In this document: piece by piece, positions 1 to 8,655 of the stretch | How positions within the stretch are numbered: the stretch's first letter is position 1 | Layout of the letters: each line of letters begins with the position of its first letter | Virus record (IMG/VR): IMGVR_UViG_3300049259_000212 | DNA from: an uncultured virus (IMG/VR IMGVR_UViG_3300049259_000212) | Lineage: Duplodnaviria; Heunggongvirae; Uroviricota; Caudoviricetes | Length of the DNA: 36,197 nt | Strand: one strand, 5' to 3' | Program-made: the position numbers and the translations under genes | The notes under the pieces: model-generated | The model's database searches: none | What the model saw: only the letters and a program-made list of their open reading frames with translations | What the model was told of the DNA's origin: nothing

Positions 1-231
1 GGACGGCTTCGTTTTGTCTACTCCACCCACGCTCAGGAGCTGTCGATCCTCTAGCGATCCTTCGTGGCCGTTGTCCCATCGAACACGGATACGTGCTCGT
101 GTTCCACCACTCGCGTTTGGTGCAGTGATCACTTTCAATACGGTACCAGCGAGAGTTCCTGGAATGCCACTAGAGCCCACAGCGCTGTTTCGCGTGACGC
201 GATCTCCCACGCGAAATCGTCTTCTCGTCAT
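1..231 (-). CDS. small SH3/KOW-like beta protein, runs off window start
   Basis: Hand-translated MTRRRFRVGDRVTRN...GTVLKV...IRVRWDNGHEG; ATG overlaps the upstream stop (ATGA). The F.VGDRV...GTV...V.WDNG pattern suggests a small beta-barrel. Confidence 0.55.
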   Translation of the reverse strand, partial: MTRRRFRVGDRVTRNSAVGSSGIPGTLAGTVLKVITAPNASGGTRARIRVRWDNGHEGSLEDRQLLSVGGVDKTKPS

Positions 232-917
232 GTAGGCAATCCGAGTGCCTTGCGGCACGGTTTACAGGTGACGTTGTCCGGATCGTTCGTCTTGAGCAGG
301 TGCGCCGTCTTCGCTGCCATTCCTTTGCAGCACGTCGTGATGCGATTACCCGCGGCACGAGGGATGAGGCGCTCCATGTGAACCGTCGGTTTTTTGGTCT
401 CGGCTCCCGTCGTCGGGTATTTCTCCGGCGCCCAGGTCGCGATCACCTTCTCGTAGGTCTTAACCGCGTTCTGCCAGTAGTCACGCTCGTTCTCGGCCTT
501 GGCGACGCGACGGCTCTTCTCACGCTCATACGATGGCGCGCCCGTGCGCTGTTGATCGTACGGCAGCTCCACGCCATGCTTGAGCGTGATGGGGTTCTTC
601 GTGTCGAACGGCTTGCCACGGACATTGTACAATGTTCGGTACCAAACGAGGTCTGGGTTCGTTGCCAGATGATCGATGTTCTCTTGCGCGCGAGCGACGC
701 CCGTCTGGGCGTGTTCGAGAGCCCAGCGCGCACCCTCGTCTGAAAGTCCGAGATGGGGGAAACGAACTCCCTGACACGGGCCCGTGTGGAAACCCCCGGT
801 ATGTCCATGGCGAACGCCGACAGCGGAGAAACCGTGTCGGATCGGGTGATCACCGTACAGCTGCATTGGACGAAGGCAGACGCTGCACGTGCCGGCGAGC
901 TTGTCGGTGGGAGTCAT
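228..917 (-). CDS. hypothetical protein with Zn-binding motifs
   Basis: ORF 228..962; likelier start MTPTDK at 917 after a purine-rich leader. CSVC...HG...C at N-terminus, VTCKPC at C-terminus. Confidence 0.7.
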   Translation of the reverse strand: MTPTDKLAGTCSVCLRPMQLYGDHPIRHGFSAVGVRHGHTGGFHTGPCQGVRFPHLGLSDEGARWALEHAQTGVARAQENIDHLATNPDLVWYRTLYNVRGKPFDTKNPITLKHGVELPYDQQRTGAPSYEREKSRRVAKAENERDYWQNAVKTYEKVIATWAPEKYPTTGAETKKPTVHMERLIPRAAGNRITTCCKGMAAKTAHLLKTNDPDNVTCKPCRKALGLPT

Positions 918-929
918 GGTCTCTTCTTC

Positions 930-962
930 TGCGAGTACCACGCCAGCGTACACGAGTGCCAA
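930..962 (-). promoter_or_regulatory. putative promoter, class A (TTGGCA-N17-GGTACT)
   Basis: 18 bp at 930-947 identical to 2366-2383; both lie just upstream of minus-strand genes with a TTG-type hexamer at the same spacing. Confidence 0.55.
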
Positions 963-1220
963 GTTCGCGATTCGCGGCTGTGCAACCGCGCGGAGTGTGT
1001 GGACGTGTGGACATGTGGACGCCTCGAGACAGGTCCGCGGCTACCCGGATACCGATTTTGAAGGCGAGGTCCAGGTCCACTCGGATCACGTTGGCGCATA
1101 CGCAGTGAAACAGTGAAACGCAGGTTTGGGTTCGCGGCGGACGTCGAAATCGACGGCGTCGCAGGTGAGGATGGCACAAGAAGGAACTTGAGACGATGTG
1201 CCGTCATGGAGCGTCACGGA

Positions 1221-1589
1221 CTAGCGGTACTTGCTCTGGTTAAATCGTTTCGCACTATCCACACGTGAGAGAGCGATCCGTTCGTCAAGTGTGCCGGCGT
1301 AGAACTGCTCGATGGCGACGAGAGCGTCCTGATCGCGCTGGTTGAGCTTCCAGCCCTTCTTGGCGCGATCGGCAGCCTTCTTGCGGAGCCGTTGCTCTTC
1401 GACCGCGATCCGCGACGTGGGAAACAGCTTCGCGCATCCGCTCATCGCCGCAAGTTGACGACCGTCCTCGACGACGAAATGGTGGATGTAGCGCCCCGTC
1501 GCGCCGCAGTGCGGGCACGAGCTGTCCGGCGAGTCGTCCGTTCCGAGGAAGCGCACGATGCGAGGCAGCTCCGTCTCGGGACCTGTCAC
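1221..1589 (-). CDS. hypothetical protein (CPHC motif)
   Basis: 3' part of ORF 1221..1859; GTG at 1589 overlaps the upstream stop (GTGA). Confidence 0.65.
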   Translation of the reverse strand: MTGPETELPRIVRFLGTDDSPDSSCPHCGATGRYIHHFVVEDGRQLAAMSGCAKLFPTSRIAVEEQRLRKKAADRAKKGWKLNQRDQDALVAIEQFYAGTLDERIALSRVDSAKRFNQSKYR

Positions 1590-1750
1590 TTCACTCCCCG
1601 AACAATCGCCTCGCGCGCGGTCCAGCGCTTTCGACACGCGGGGCACGTGACATGCTCGATCATGTCCGTGTACGAGACGTCCTTGAACGGAAGCTCCTTG
1701 CCACAGAGCGAGACCTGCCCCTTCACGGAGTAATGCGTAGGGCGTGTCAC
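1586..1750 (-). CDS. small Zn-binding protein (54 aa)
   Basis: Hand-translated MTRPTHYSVKGQVSLCGKEL...HVTCPACRKRW; coupled to the downstream gene; not in the ORF track. Confidence 0.55.
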   Translation of the reverse strand: MTRPTHYSVKGQVSLCGKELPFKDVSYTDMIEHVTCPACRKRWTAREAIVRGVK

Positions 1751-1764
1751 ACGTGGATGCACGA

Positions 1765-2117
1765 TCAGTAACCCATCTCATCGTTGTACGCCTCGACGCC
1801 GTGGAGCATGCCGGCTTCCATGGCTCGCTCGTGCTGCCACTCGCGATCGCTGCGGGCATTCTCGGCGCGGCGGCGACGCTGGCTCGGCTGATCGGGCTGC
1901 GCGGTGACCTCGTGGACGTCGGGGCCGTCGATCATGACGAACTCCCAGTCGATGCAGTGCTTGGCGATCCCAGCCGTTGGGAACATGCAGGTCTCGCGGT
2001 ACGCCTGGACGGCCTCGTCCTTGGTCGCGAAGTCGTCCCCGTCCAGCAGTCGTCGTTGTCGGTCTCGTCGGGATTGGAGCCCCAGAGCGTGACGGAGTAT
2101 CGCTTCTCGATCGACAT
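1765..2117 (-). pseudogene. hypothetical protein split by a 1-nt deletion (possibly a sequencing error)
   Basis: MSIEKRYSVTLWGSNPDETDNDDCWTG joins DDFATKDEAVQAYRETCMFPTAG... if one C is added to the C4 run at 2037-2040. Confidence 0.6.
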
Positions 2118-2119
2118 GA

Positions 2120-2353
2120 CTACGCAGCCTCCTGGTTCATGGAAACACCGATGTTGTGCCACGCGAACGTGAACGTTTGCCACTGGCTGAGGGCCACGCA
2201 GCGTTCGAGGTACGCGATCTCGTTGCGCGTGGTCGTCTCGTAGTACCAGCGCGCGTTGGCGCCGATCGCGTCGTAGTCGTACTCGTGCGCGGGAGGCGCC
2301 GGGCGCTCGGTCATCGTGACGCAGCGGCGGAGCAGGGTGAGGCGGGTCAGCAT
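2120..2353 (-). CDS. hypothetical protein
   Basis: Part of ORF 2120..2473 downstream of the class A motif; start 2353 or 2314. Confidence 0.5.
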   Translation of the reverse strand: MLTRLTLLRRCVTMTERPAPPAHEYDYDAIGANARWYYETTTRNEIAYLERCVALSQWQTFTFAWHNIGVSMNQEAA

Positions 2354-2365
2354 GACGGCTACTGG

Positions 2366-2398
2366 TGCGAGTACCACGCCAGCTCGGGCGGACGTCAA
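2366..2398 (-). promoter_or_regulatory. putative promoter, class A (TTGACG-N17-GGTACT)
   Basis: Second copy of the 18-bp motif, with TTGACG at the same spacing as at 957-962. Confidence 0.55.
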
Positions 2399-2428
2399 CG
2401 TGAAGTAAGTCCGCGAGCGGTTTGGCGT

Positions 2429-2444
2429 GGGTAGCGATCTACCC
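2429..2444. promoter_or_regulatory. 16-bp palindrome GGGTAG-CGAT-CTACCC
   Basis: Perfect 6-bp arms, intergenic; variants at 8540, 8614, 14457, 14531, 32540 and 34947. Confidence 0.6.
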
Positions 2445-2756
2445 GTATCCACGAGGACGGGTATCTCTAGCACTGGATACGAAGCGCCACGCGCCCCGCG
2501 CCAGGAGCAGCCCCTGAGACAAGTCCTTCAGAAGGGTGTGCGCTGAAGGTCGTCCGCAAGCGCCGTTACGACGGCGCTCTGTCGTGACGTTCTGCCTCTA
2601 CCTTCGTATCGGCCCAGCCAGACGCTCCGCACGAGCAGAACCACCGCCATGGCTTTGGCGGGAATATCCAGTGATCGTCGCAGGACGGACAGTCCACAAC
2701 GTCACAACCCCTGCGTGCCGGTTTAACGAACGTTGTTAGCTGGCAGCGCTTAGATG

Positions 2757-3086
2757 TCACAACGATGCTCGCAGCTCTTCGATCTGCCAACGCTTCACAA
2801 GCTCAAGCGAGAAGACGTTGCGATTCTGACGAACCGCACGCAATACGTCCTTGTGATCGGGCTCTGCCAGCCCGAAGCGCCAGTAAGAGGCTTCTTCGTT
2901 GATCGGATCGAAGCTGTATTTGGTTAGACATTCTTTTCGCAAGGTCGGATGCGTCTTCCAAAACCTGTTTAGGGCTTCGCGGGAATTTGGGGGGATTCGT
3001 AAGCCTTCGACAGTGCGGCGACGGCGCGTGGACAAAGCCTTGTCAATTTCACGGTCGAGTTGCGTGTGTGTCTTCTTCATCGTCAT
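2757..3086 (-). CDS. hypothetical protein with N-terminal QLDREI motif
   Basis: Start MTMKKTHTQLDREIDKAL overlaps the stop of the kinase-like gene. Confidence 0.65.
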   Translation of the reverse strand: MTMKKTHTQLDREIDKALSTRRRRTVEGLRIPPNSREALNRFWKTHPTLRKECLTKYSFDPINEEASYWRFGLAEPDHKDVLRAVRQNRNVFSLELVKRWQIEELRASL

Positions 3087-3715
3087 AAAAGCTCCTTCAC
3101 AAGGTTGCACTGCCTCTTGGGCAGGTACTGACAGATGTACTTGAGCGTCGGCATGTCGTAACGCTGCCACCGCTCCGTGTCGATGAAGGCGATTTTGCCG
3201 CTCGTCGTGAAGGGCAGGTTTCGAACATCGGAATCGAGTCCGGGATACTTCCGCACCATCGTACATAGCTGCCGAATCGTCTCGTCACTGACGTTGCCGT
3301 AGAGGCGCTTGGACTCGGCGTCCTTCACGAGCTCCATGCGCTCCACGACGAGCACGTAGGCGCGCCGACCTTTGCGCTCGAACGCCGCCGGTAAGGGTAG
3401 GAGGTACTTCCGTGGCACGACGAGCTTGGGTAGTCCTTTCTTTTGGATGCGCTCGCGAACCGCGTCCGCACCTTCGATTCGTGTCTTGTAGTTGCGGCGC
3501 TGATCCTTCAGGTCGACCGATCGGTTGTACTTTTTGAACAGGTAGTCCGTGATCGTGGGGTGGCTTGCGACCATCACATCGCTCTTGTTCCCCTCGCGCA
3601 TGACAAAGAACCCGGCCTTCTGCCAGTGCTCGCGTGAGTCGAACATCGACGGATCTTGAAACAGCTTGGCGAGCGCTGGAAGATCGATCACGGCTTGAAA
3701 TGGTAGCGCGCTCAA
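3083..3715 (-). CDS. protein kinase-like fold protein
   Basis: YLFKK (ATP-site Lys candidate), LVVPRK, VLVVERM, GLDSDVRN (D-x4-N catalytic loop) and AFIDTE (DFG-like). Start uncertain (TTG at 3715). Confidence 0.65.
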   Translation of the reverse strand: MSALPFQAVIDLPALAKLFQDPSMFDSREHWQKAGFFVMREGNKSDVMVASHPTITDYLFKKYNRSVDLKDQRRNYKTRIEGADAVRERIQKKGLPKLVVPRKYLLPLPAAFERKGRRAYVLVVERMELVKDAESKRLYGNVSDETIRQLCTMVRKYPGLDSDVRNLPFTTSGKIAFIDTERWQRYDMPTLKYICQYLPKRQCNLVKELL

Positions 3716-3732
3716 GACACGCCGTGGACGTC

Positions 3733-3921
3733 TCAGCGTCGAGATTTGCGCGAGACAGCCGGCTTGTAGTCCGGGATTTCGCCTGCTTCCGTGAAGGGCC
3801 CCGCTATCCGCACCAAACATTTGGGGCAGTCGAGGCGCAGCCCCGACTCGTCGTGCTCGGCGACAAGGCCGCCGTCGCAGTTACCGCAGGTCAGCAGCGA
3901 GGAGGTTTTCTTCTTCGGCAT
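3733..3921 (-). CDS. zinc-ribbon protein
   Basis: CGNC...CPKC in 62 aa. Confidence 0.6.
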   Translation of the reverse strand: MPKKKTSSLLTCGNCDGGLVAEHDESGLRLDCPKCLVRIAGPFTEAGEIPDYKPAVSRKSRR

Positions 3922-3932
3922 GGAAGCGAAGA

Positions 3933-4400
3933 TTACCGCTGCGAAGGCACGCGTTGATAGGTGAAGTGCTTCGCGCGCTCATGGCACGAGGCCATCCACC
4001 GATCATGAAGCGCCTTGTCCGCTTCGAGTGCGTCGAGAATCGCGACAGCCTTGGTTGCTCCCTCAGCCTGGAGTGCAACCTCCGGGTGTTTGTCGATCCA
4101 AACCTGCGCAAGCATGAGGGCGTCCGAATGGATGCGCTCCCACGCCACGTCCCACATCCGCGTGGTTGCACTGACCGATTGCCGACCATTGAGATCTGGC
4201 AGCTCGACGATCGCATCGTAGGTGGCGTCGTCGAGGCGCATGCGGACGCGAGTTTTGTGGCCGTCATCGATGAAGCGAACGCCCACGGAGAAGTCGGCCG
4301 GCATCTTATGACCGATCGATCGCGCGAGTTCGACGCCCGCTGAGACGTCACGAGCTACGATCTGGGTGACGAGTTCACGAATATCAGAGGTCAGCTTCAT
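3933..4400 (-). CDS. hypothetical protein
   Basis: 155 aa ATG ORF within the co-oriented run. Confidence 0.65.
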   Translation of the reverse strand: MKLTSDIRELVTQIVARDVSAGVELARSIGHKMPADFSVGVRFIDDGHKTRVRMRLDDATYDAIVELPDLNGRQSVSATTRMWDVAWERIHSDALMLAQVWIDKHPEVALQAEGATKAVAILDALEADKALHDRWMASCHERAKHFTYQRVPSQR

Positions 4401-4570
4401 TTTTCAATCTCAGATCTCTCATGCGCCGCTGCAAAACCTGCTTTGTACGCCGCCTCGATCGCGTTGAACACGTCATCGTAGGTGATGTCTTGCTGGACGC
4501 GTGGATACGTCACGTCAGTGGCTTGGAGGGCATAGAGGCTCGCGTGCTGTTTGAGATCGGCGTCTATCAT
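4397..4570 (-). CDS. small hypothetical protein (57 aa)
   Basis: Hand-translated MIDADLKQH...AIEAAYKAGF...; ATGA overlap with the next gene. Confidence 0.5.
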   Translation of the reverse strand: MIDADLKQHASLYALQATDVTYPRVQQDITYDDVFNAIEAAYKAGFAAAHERSEIEK

Positions 4571-4600
4571 TTGTGTGTTCCTGCCATGCCTATCCGGTTA

Positions 4601-4888
4601 TCACCCTTCACGAGGGCTCTTTGTTGAGTCGGCGACGAGGTCGCCGTGATCTTCAACTGAGACGAGTCGGGTTCCGTCCGGCGTGACCATTCGATCGAGC
4701 TTGAGCGCGCCGAGTTTTGCGCTGATGCGCATCATGAAATCTCGCCGGTTCTCACCCTTCGGACACCAGCCGCCGCGCAGGTAATGGTCTCCTAGAGCGC
4801 TGAGCAAATAGGATCGCTCGCTCGCGGTCAATTCAAGCGACCCAGTGAAGATGTCCTCAAGTTTGGCGCGTGTGTCTTCGGTCTTCAC
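4601..4888 (-). CDS. hypothetical protein
   Basis: 95 aa ORF, 4-nt overlap with the PAPS-reductase-family gene. Confidence 0.6.
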   Translation of the reverse strand: MKTEDTRAKLEDIFTGSLELTASERSYLLSALGDHYLRGGWCPKGENRRDFMMRISAKLGALKLDRMVTPDGTRLVSVEDHGDLVADSTKSPREG

Positions 4889-6150
4889 GGCTCAGTCCTA
4901 GCGAGGGGTGTTAACCGGATAGGCAGGGTTCCTGCCGTGGTCATCAGGTCCCCGTAGCGGGCAAGGATTTGGTCCGCCTCTGTGTACTTCACATCGAGTG
5001 CGAGGAGGGTCCCGACGGATCGTCGAACGCCTGCGAGGAGATCCGCCTCGGCTCTCGTCGGCATGACTGTCGGCCAACCCTTGCTGTAGAGCAGATGCTC
5101 GGGGATGCGTGCCTCGATGATGGAACGCTCTACAGCTTTGCTCTTCGCGATAGCTACGCCCTGCAAGGCCTGTTGGTCGAGTAGATGCGGAGCTATGTCG
5201 GCGAGCCAGTGTGAGCCTTGAAACGCAAACGTTGAGGCTATCTCGAGCGCGACCATCGTGTGGAACACCGGCTGGTTGTCTTCGCAGGTCGCCGAGGCGA
5301 TCAGGTCTGATCGCTGCGCCATGATGCAGTAGCGGCACGAGATGCGACTCATCCCGTAGCGCGCGTAGCCTTCGTGCATAGCAAAGCCGCGCGCGGCACA
5401 GAACGCAAACACGTCTCGATCAGACCACTCCGCGATCGGGTTCCAATCGAGGCCTGTTGTGCCAGCGCCTTTTCGTTCGAGGCGCTTATTGATCTGGGCG
5501 GTCTTGGCGCTACTGCGCTGCCTGCTCTCGGACCGCCGGATGCCTGCGGCGGAGATAATCACGGTCCCGGGAAAGCGTTTCACGAGCGCAGCGGCAATCG
5601 GCGCGCTCTTGAGCTCGGAGGTGCAGAAACGCATTGACGGCGTCGACCACGGCAGGATGATCTTGACGCATTCGAGGTTCACGTAGCGCCGGACATTGTT
5701 GTCCCAGCGCCCCAGCCAGCGTTGCATCATGCCGCCGGCCGCGCGTCGTACGACGAGCAGCTCGATCCCGAGCCGGTCGGCGAGACGTCGACATGTTGGA
5801 AGTGAATCGGTCCACTCGACGTTGAACGCTGGATCTTCGTCATCGCCCAGGTCGGCGTGGACGAGGATTCGCGGCCCCGCGTGACCGATGGCGTTCAGGT
5901 GCTCGATGGTGGCGAGGGCCGCGGCGCAGGAGTCTTTGCCCCCAGAGACGCCGATCGCAACGGGCGAACCGTTCGTGAGCGCTGTGTCAAGCGCGTCGAT
6001 AGCAGCGATCTCGGCCTTGGCGTCGGCGCGCTTCGCGGCAGTCGTCGCCTTGTCTGCGATCCGCATTTCGAGATGCACGGTCCGTGAGATCAGCGACTCG
6101 ACTCCGCGATCCGCGCGGCCAGGCGCGGCTAATGTGATGAGCTTGGTCAT
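4885..6150 (-). CDS. phosphoadenosine phosphosulfate (PAPS) reductase family protein
   Basis: PP-loop VSGGKDS, HADLG, RFCTSELK, GIRRSES..R, W.PIAEWS and RISCRYC. Start MTKLIT overlaps the upstream stop. Confidence 0.9.
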   Translation of the reverse strand: MTKLITLAAPGRADRGVESLISRTVHLEMRIADKATTAAKRADAKAEIAAIDALDTALTNGSPVAIGVSGGKDSCAAALATIEHLNAIGHAGPRILVHADLGDDEDPAFNVEWTDSLPTCRRLADRLGIELLVVRRAAGGMMQRWLGRWDNNVRRYVNLECVKIILPWSTPSMRFCTSELKSAPIAAALVKRFPGTVIISAAGIRRSESRQRSSAKTAQINKRLERKGAGTTGLDWNPIAEWSDRDVFAFCAARGFAMHEGYARYGMSRISCRYCIMAQRSDLIASATCEDNQPVFHTMVALEIASTFAFQGSHWLADIAPHLLDQQALQGVAIAKSKAVERSIIEARIPEHLLYSKGWPTVMPTRAEADLLAGVRRSVGTLLALDVKYTEADQILARYGDLMTTAGTLPIRLTPLARTEP

Positions 6151-6893
6151 CCGATCGCGGCGTCGATTTCGATCGCCTTGGCTTCCCACGCGCTCATCAC
6201 GTCTTCAGAGAACGGGTAACGCTCTCGGCTCGCGGGACTCATCGTGACGACCGCGAGGGCCGCGAATCCCATGTCGTCGCCGCGAACAGGGCGCGTGAAC
6301 TGCGCGGGAGGTTCGACGAGCTTTGCTTTGCCATCCGTCACGTCGATCGCAACCACGGGGCGCGCATGGTCCTCGCAGAATTCGCCACTCATGAGTGTCG
6401 CCGTGAGCGTCAGGAAGGGGAACGCCTCAGCGAGGACACGCCAGTCCGCGAGCACTTCATCGATGTTCGGCCACTTGCCGATGTTGTCTATGTGGCTGAT
6501 GCGTCCATTGGGATGGCACCAGCCATGAGGGCCGTGAATGTAGGCAGATCCGATCCAACTGTTGTGCACGTACTGCGTCTCGACAACTCCCCAGGCTTTC
6601 TTCCAGCGATCGCAACGATCGCTGTAGTCTCTCCAGTCGAAGCCGTCGGGTTCTTTCACGGAGTAGTCGTGAAAGTGCGGCATGCGAAAGCGCTTCGCGA
6701 GGCGACGATCGCCTGCACGATCATTGCAGCCGTGCGCACCGACGAACCACGAATCGGTTCGGCGAATGATCTCGATCGCTTGCGCAGGCGTGACGGGGTG
6801 TCCTGTCACGATCATCTGCGGCCACTTCGGCAGCCCGAGGTTGAGCAGGTCGAGGACGGCTTTCTGTTGATCGGCGGTGGTGTCGGTCGTCAT
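6147..6893 (-). CDS. conserved phage hypothetical protein (LPKWPQ...GPHGWCHP...GKWP)
   Basis: Motifs LPKWPQMIVTG, EIIRRTD, GPHGWCHPNG, NIGKWP and AEAFPFL, which I recall from large-phage hypotheticals. Confidence 0.7.
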   Translation of the reverse strand: MTTDTTADQQKAVLDLLNLGLPKWPQMIVTGHPVTPAQAIEIIRRTDSWFVGAHGCNDRAGDRRLAKRFRMPHFHDYSVKEPDGFDWRDYSDRCDRWKKAWGVVETQYVHNSWIGSAYIHGPHGWCHPNGRISHIDNIGKWPNIDEVLADWRVLAEAFPFLTLTATLMSGEFCEDHARPVVAIDVTDGKAKLVEPPAQFTRPVRGDDMGFAALAVVTMSPASRERYPFSEDVMSAWEAKAIEIDAAIG

Positions 6894-7168
6894 CGTTTCG
6901 TCTCCAGCAGTCGTGCGCGAGGGATACGGGGGCTCGTCCAGGTTGTCCACAGAAGCCGCACAGATTGCCACCGTGAAAGCGTGAAACGACCGGGGGAATG
7001 GAACGTGGGAGATCGGCCCGGCCAGCCTTCACTCCGCCACCAGCGGCGCTCGAAGAACTGCGATCCGTGGCGCTCGATGGTGATCCAGACCATCGTCGAG
7101 CCGGATCCTTGCGTCATGCTCGGTGTCGGCAGCTCGTTACAGGCCGCGGCGTCGGCGATGAAGCTCAC
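6890..7168 (-). CDS. hypothetical protein
   Basis: GTG start and stop both overlap their neighbours by 4 nt. Confidence 0.5.
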   Translation of the reverse strand: MSFIADAAACNELPTPSMTQGSGSTMVWITIERHGSQFFERRWWRSEGWPGRSPTFHSPGRFTLSRWQSVRLLWTTWTSPRIPRARLLETKR

Positions 7169-7494
7169 GCCAGTACCTGCGAACGGAGCTTGCCGCTCTC
7201 GGCATCGATCGGCTTTTGGCTCTTGCTCGACGTGCTGACCATCGTCACGTTGCCTGGTTGCAAGTGGTGCAGGCCCTGCAACCAGTTCTTGCAGCGCTCG
7301 ACGGTGAGTCCCTCGACATCGATTCCGCGCCGCATCTGGAGTTCGAGCTTGTAAACCTGCTCGGCGATCAGCTGCTTGGCCTGATGCTCGGTCTTGAGGA
7401 ACGTGCCGATGAGGGTCACGTACCAGATGCGCTTGGTCGACGCGCACTCGTACGCGTGAGTCCAGACGCCTTCTTCATCTTCGGGGTGTTGCAT
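7165..7494 (-). CDS. hypothetical protein
   Basis: 109 aa ORF, GGAGG upstream. Confidence 0.65.
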   Translation of the reverse strand: MQHPEDEEGVWTHAYECASTKRIWYVTLIGTFLKTEHQAKQLIAEQVYKLELQMRRGIDVEGLTVERCKNWLQGLHHLQPGNVTMVSTSSKSQKPIDAESGKLRSQVLA

Positions 7495-7496
7495 GA

Positions 7497-7757
7497 CTAT
7501 GCCGCCTCCAGGAGTGCCAGTTGTTGCTCTTCATACGCCAGCTCGGGCAGAACATCCCAGCCTTTGGAGATCGCTTCACGTAGGCGCAGGACGTTCTCGC
7601 GAGTGTCGCGGATCTGGCGACGGCGACGGGGCGATCGGCGCACGACGGGGACGAAGGTGTTCAGATCATAGATGGACGTGGCGTCGGGATCCGTCGGAGC
7701 CTCCGAGCTGAACGCTTTCATATCGCGGAGGGTGTCGCTGGCGTCGTCGAACATCAC
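7497..7757 (-). CDS. hypothetical protein
   Basis: (V)MFDDASD...; overlaps the upstream stop. Confidence 0.55.
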   Translation of the reverse strand: MMFDDASDTLRDMKAFSSEAPTDPDATSIYDLNTFVPVVRRSPRRRRQIRDTRENVLRLREAISKGWDVLPELAYEEQQLALLEAA

Positions 7758-7960
7758 GGGGTCTCCATGGCGGCTTGAATGAGAAGGCGGAGGCGGAGCA
7801 GCTCGCGCTTGACCTCGACAGCGAGGGCGCATGCGGGATGGTTCGTGGGCATCGCGAAAATGACCCGCGGCTGCGCTTCTTCGAGCGCGTGATAGGCGGC
7901 GTTGAGCAGGCCGAGCACGATTCCGCGCTCTTGTTCGGGGGTGGGGATCGACGAGGGCAT
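7754..7960 (-). CDS. hypothetical protein
   Basis: 68 aa, TAATG coupling with the upstream gene. Confidence 0.55.
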   Translation of the reverse strand: MPSSIPTPEQERGIVLGLLNAAYHALEEAQPRVIFAMPTNHPACALAVEVKRELLRLRLLIQAAMETP

Positions 7961-8238
7961 TAGATGTACCCCAGCGTCATCAACTCGATATCGAAGGGGG
8001 TGCGCCAGTCGCCGTGACGCGTCTCGCGGTTCTTCGCGAGGCGCTCCATCTCATCGTTGGATGCTTTGCAAGCGATGATCGCGGCGTGATGCGCAGCGAC
8101 CCATTCTTGCGAGAAGAAATCGTCGATGGCATCGCGGGCGTTGATCGCCTCTCGTGCGTCGGCGCGAAGGATGGCGAGCATGTTCATCGGAACGGTGTCG
8201 CAGGCGTCGGGAATCGTGATGGTAATGTTCTTGGTCAT
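7960..8238 (-). CDS. hypothetical protein
   Basis: 92 aa ATG ORF with AGGA upstream. Confidence 0.6.
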   Translation of the reverse strand: MTKNITITIPDACDTVPMNMLAILRADAREAINARDAIDDFFSQEWVAAHHAAIIACKASNDEMERLAKNRETRHGDWRTPFDIELMTLGYI

Positions 8239-8247
8239 GGCGGGTTC

Positions 8248-8475
8248 CTAGCGAAGATCGTGGCGCTGGAGCAGGCGGCGGAAGTTGGTTCGATCGAGGT
8301 TGCACAACCGCGCACCCTCCGAGACGGATCCCTTCGCACGCTCCATGATGCGAACAAGATAGCGGCGCTCGAACGCCGCGGCGGCGAGGCGCTTAGCCTC
8401 GGACAACGGCATCGCCATCAGCGCTTCGTCGGTAAGAAGGGTGCGCTGGTCGGCGGTGAGTTCGAGTTCCTGCAT
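8248..8475 (-). CDS. stand-alone Fis-type helix-turn-helix protein
   Basis: LSEAKR...FERRYL..IMERAKGSVSEGARLCNLDRTNFRRLLQRH matches the C-terminal HTH_8 domain of sigma-54 enhancer-binding proteins; no AAA+ domain. Confidence 0.8.
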   Translation of the reverse strand: MQELELTADQRTLLTDEALMAMPLSEAKRLAAAAFERRYLVRIMERAKGSVSEGARLCNLDRTNFRRLLQRHDLR

Positions 8476-8539
8476 GCCGACATGTATTGCGGGCGGCATG
8501 CCGACGCTCAAGAGAGCCAAGTCCGCGAGGAGACAGTCT

Positions 8540-8629
8540 GAGTAGGTTTGTACCCGTGTTTTGGGATCTACACGCGCCTTGCCAGAAGCGCTAAAAATGC
8601 GGCGGCTGTATCCGGGTAGTGGTTCACCC
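8540..8629. promoter_or_regulatory. paired 16-bp palindromes, 74 bp start to start
   Basis: GAGTAG-GTTT-GTACCC (8540) and GGGTAG-TGGT-TCACCC (8614) in a divergent intergenic region. Confidence 0.55.
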
Positions 8630-8655
8630 AGGCCCTCGCCGTGTACCGTCTAGGC

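Noticed and set aside
998..1021. DnaA boxes or a replication origin
   Set aside because: TGTGGACR differs from TGTGGATAA, has an 8-bp period, and there is no adjacent AT-rich unwinding region or rep gene.
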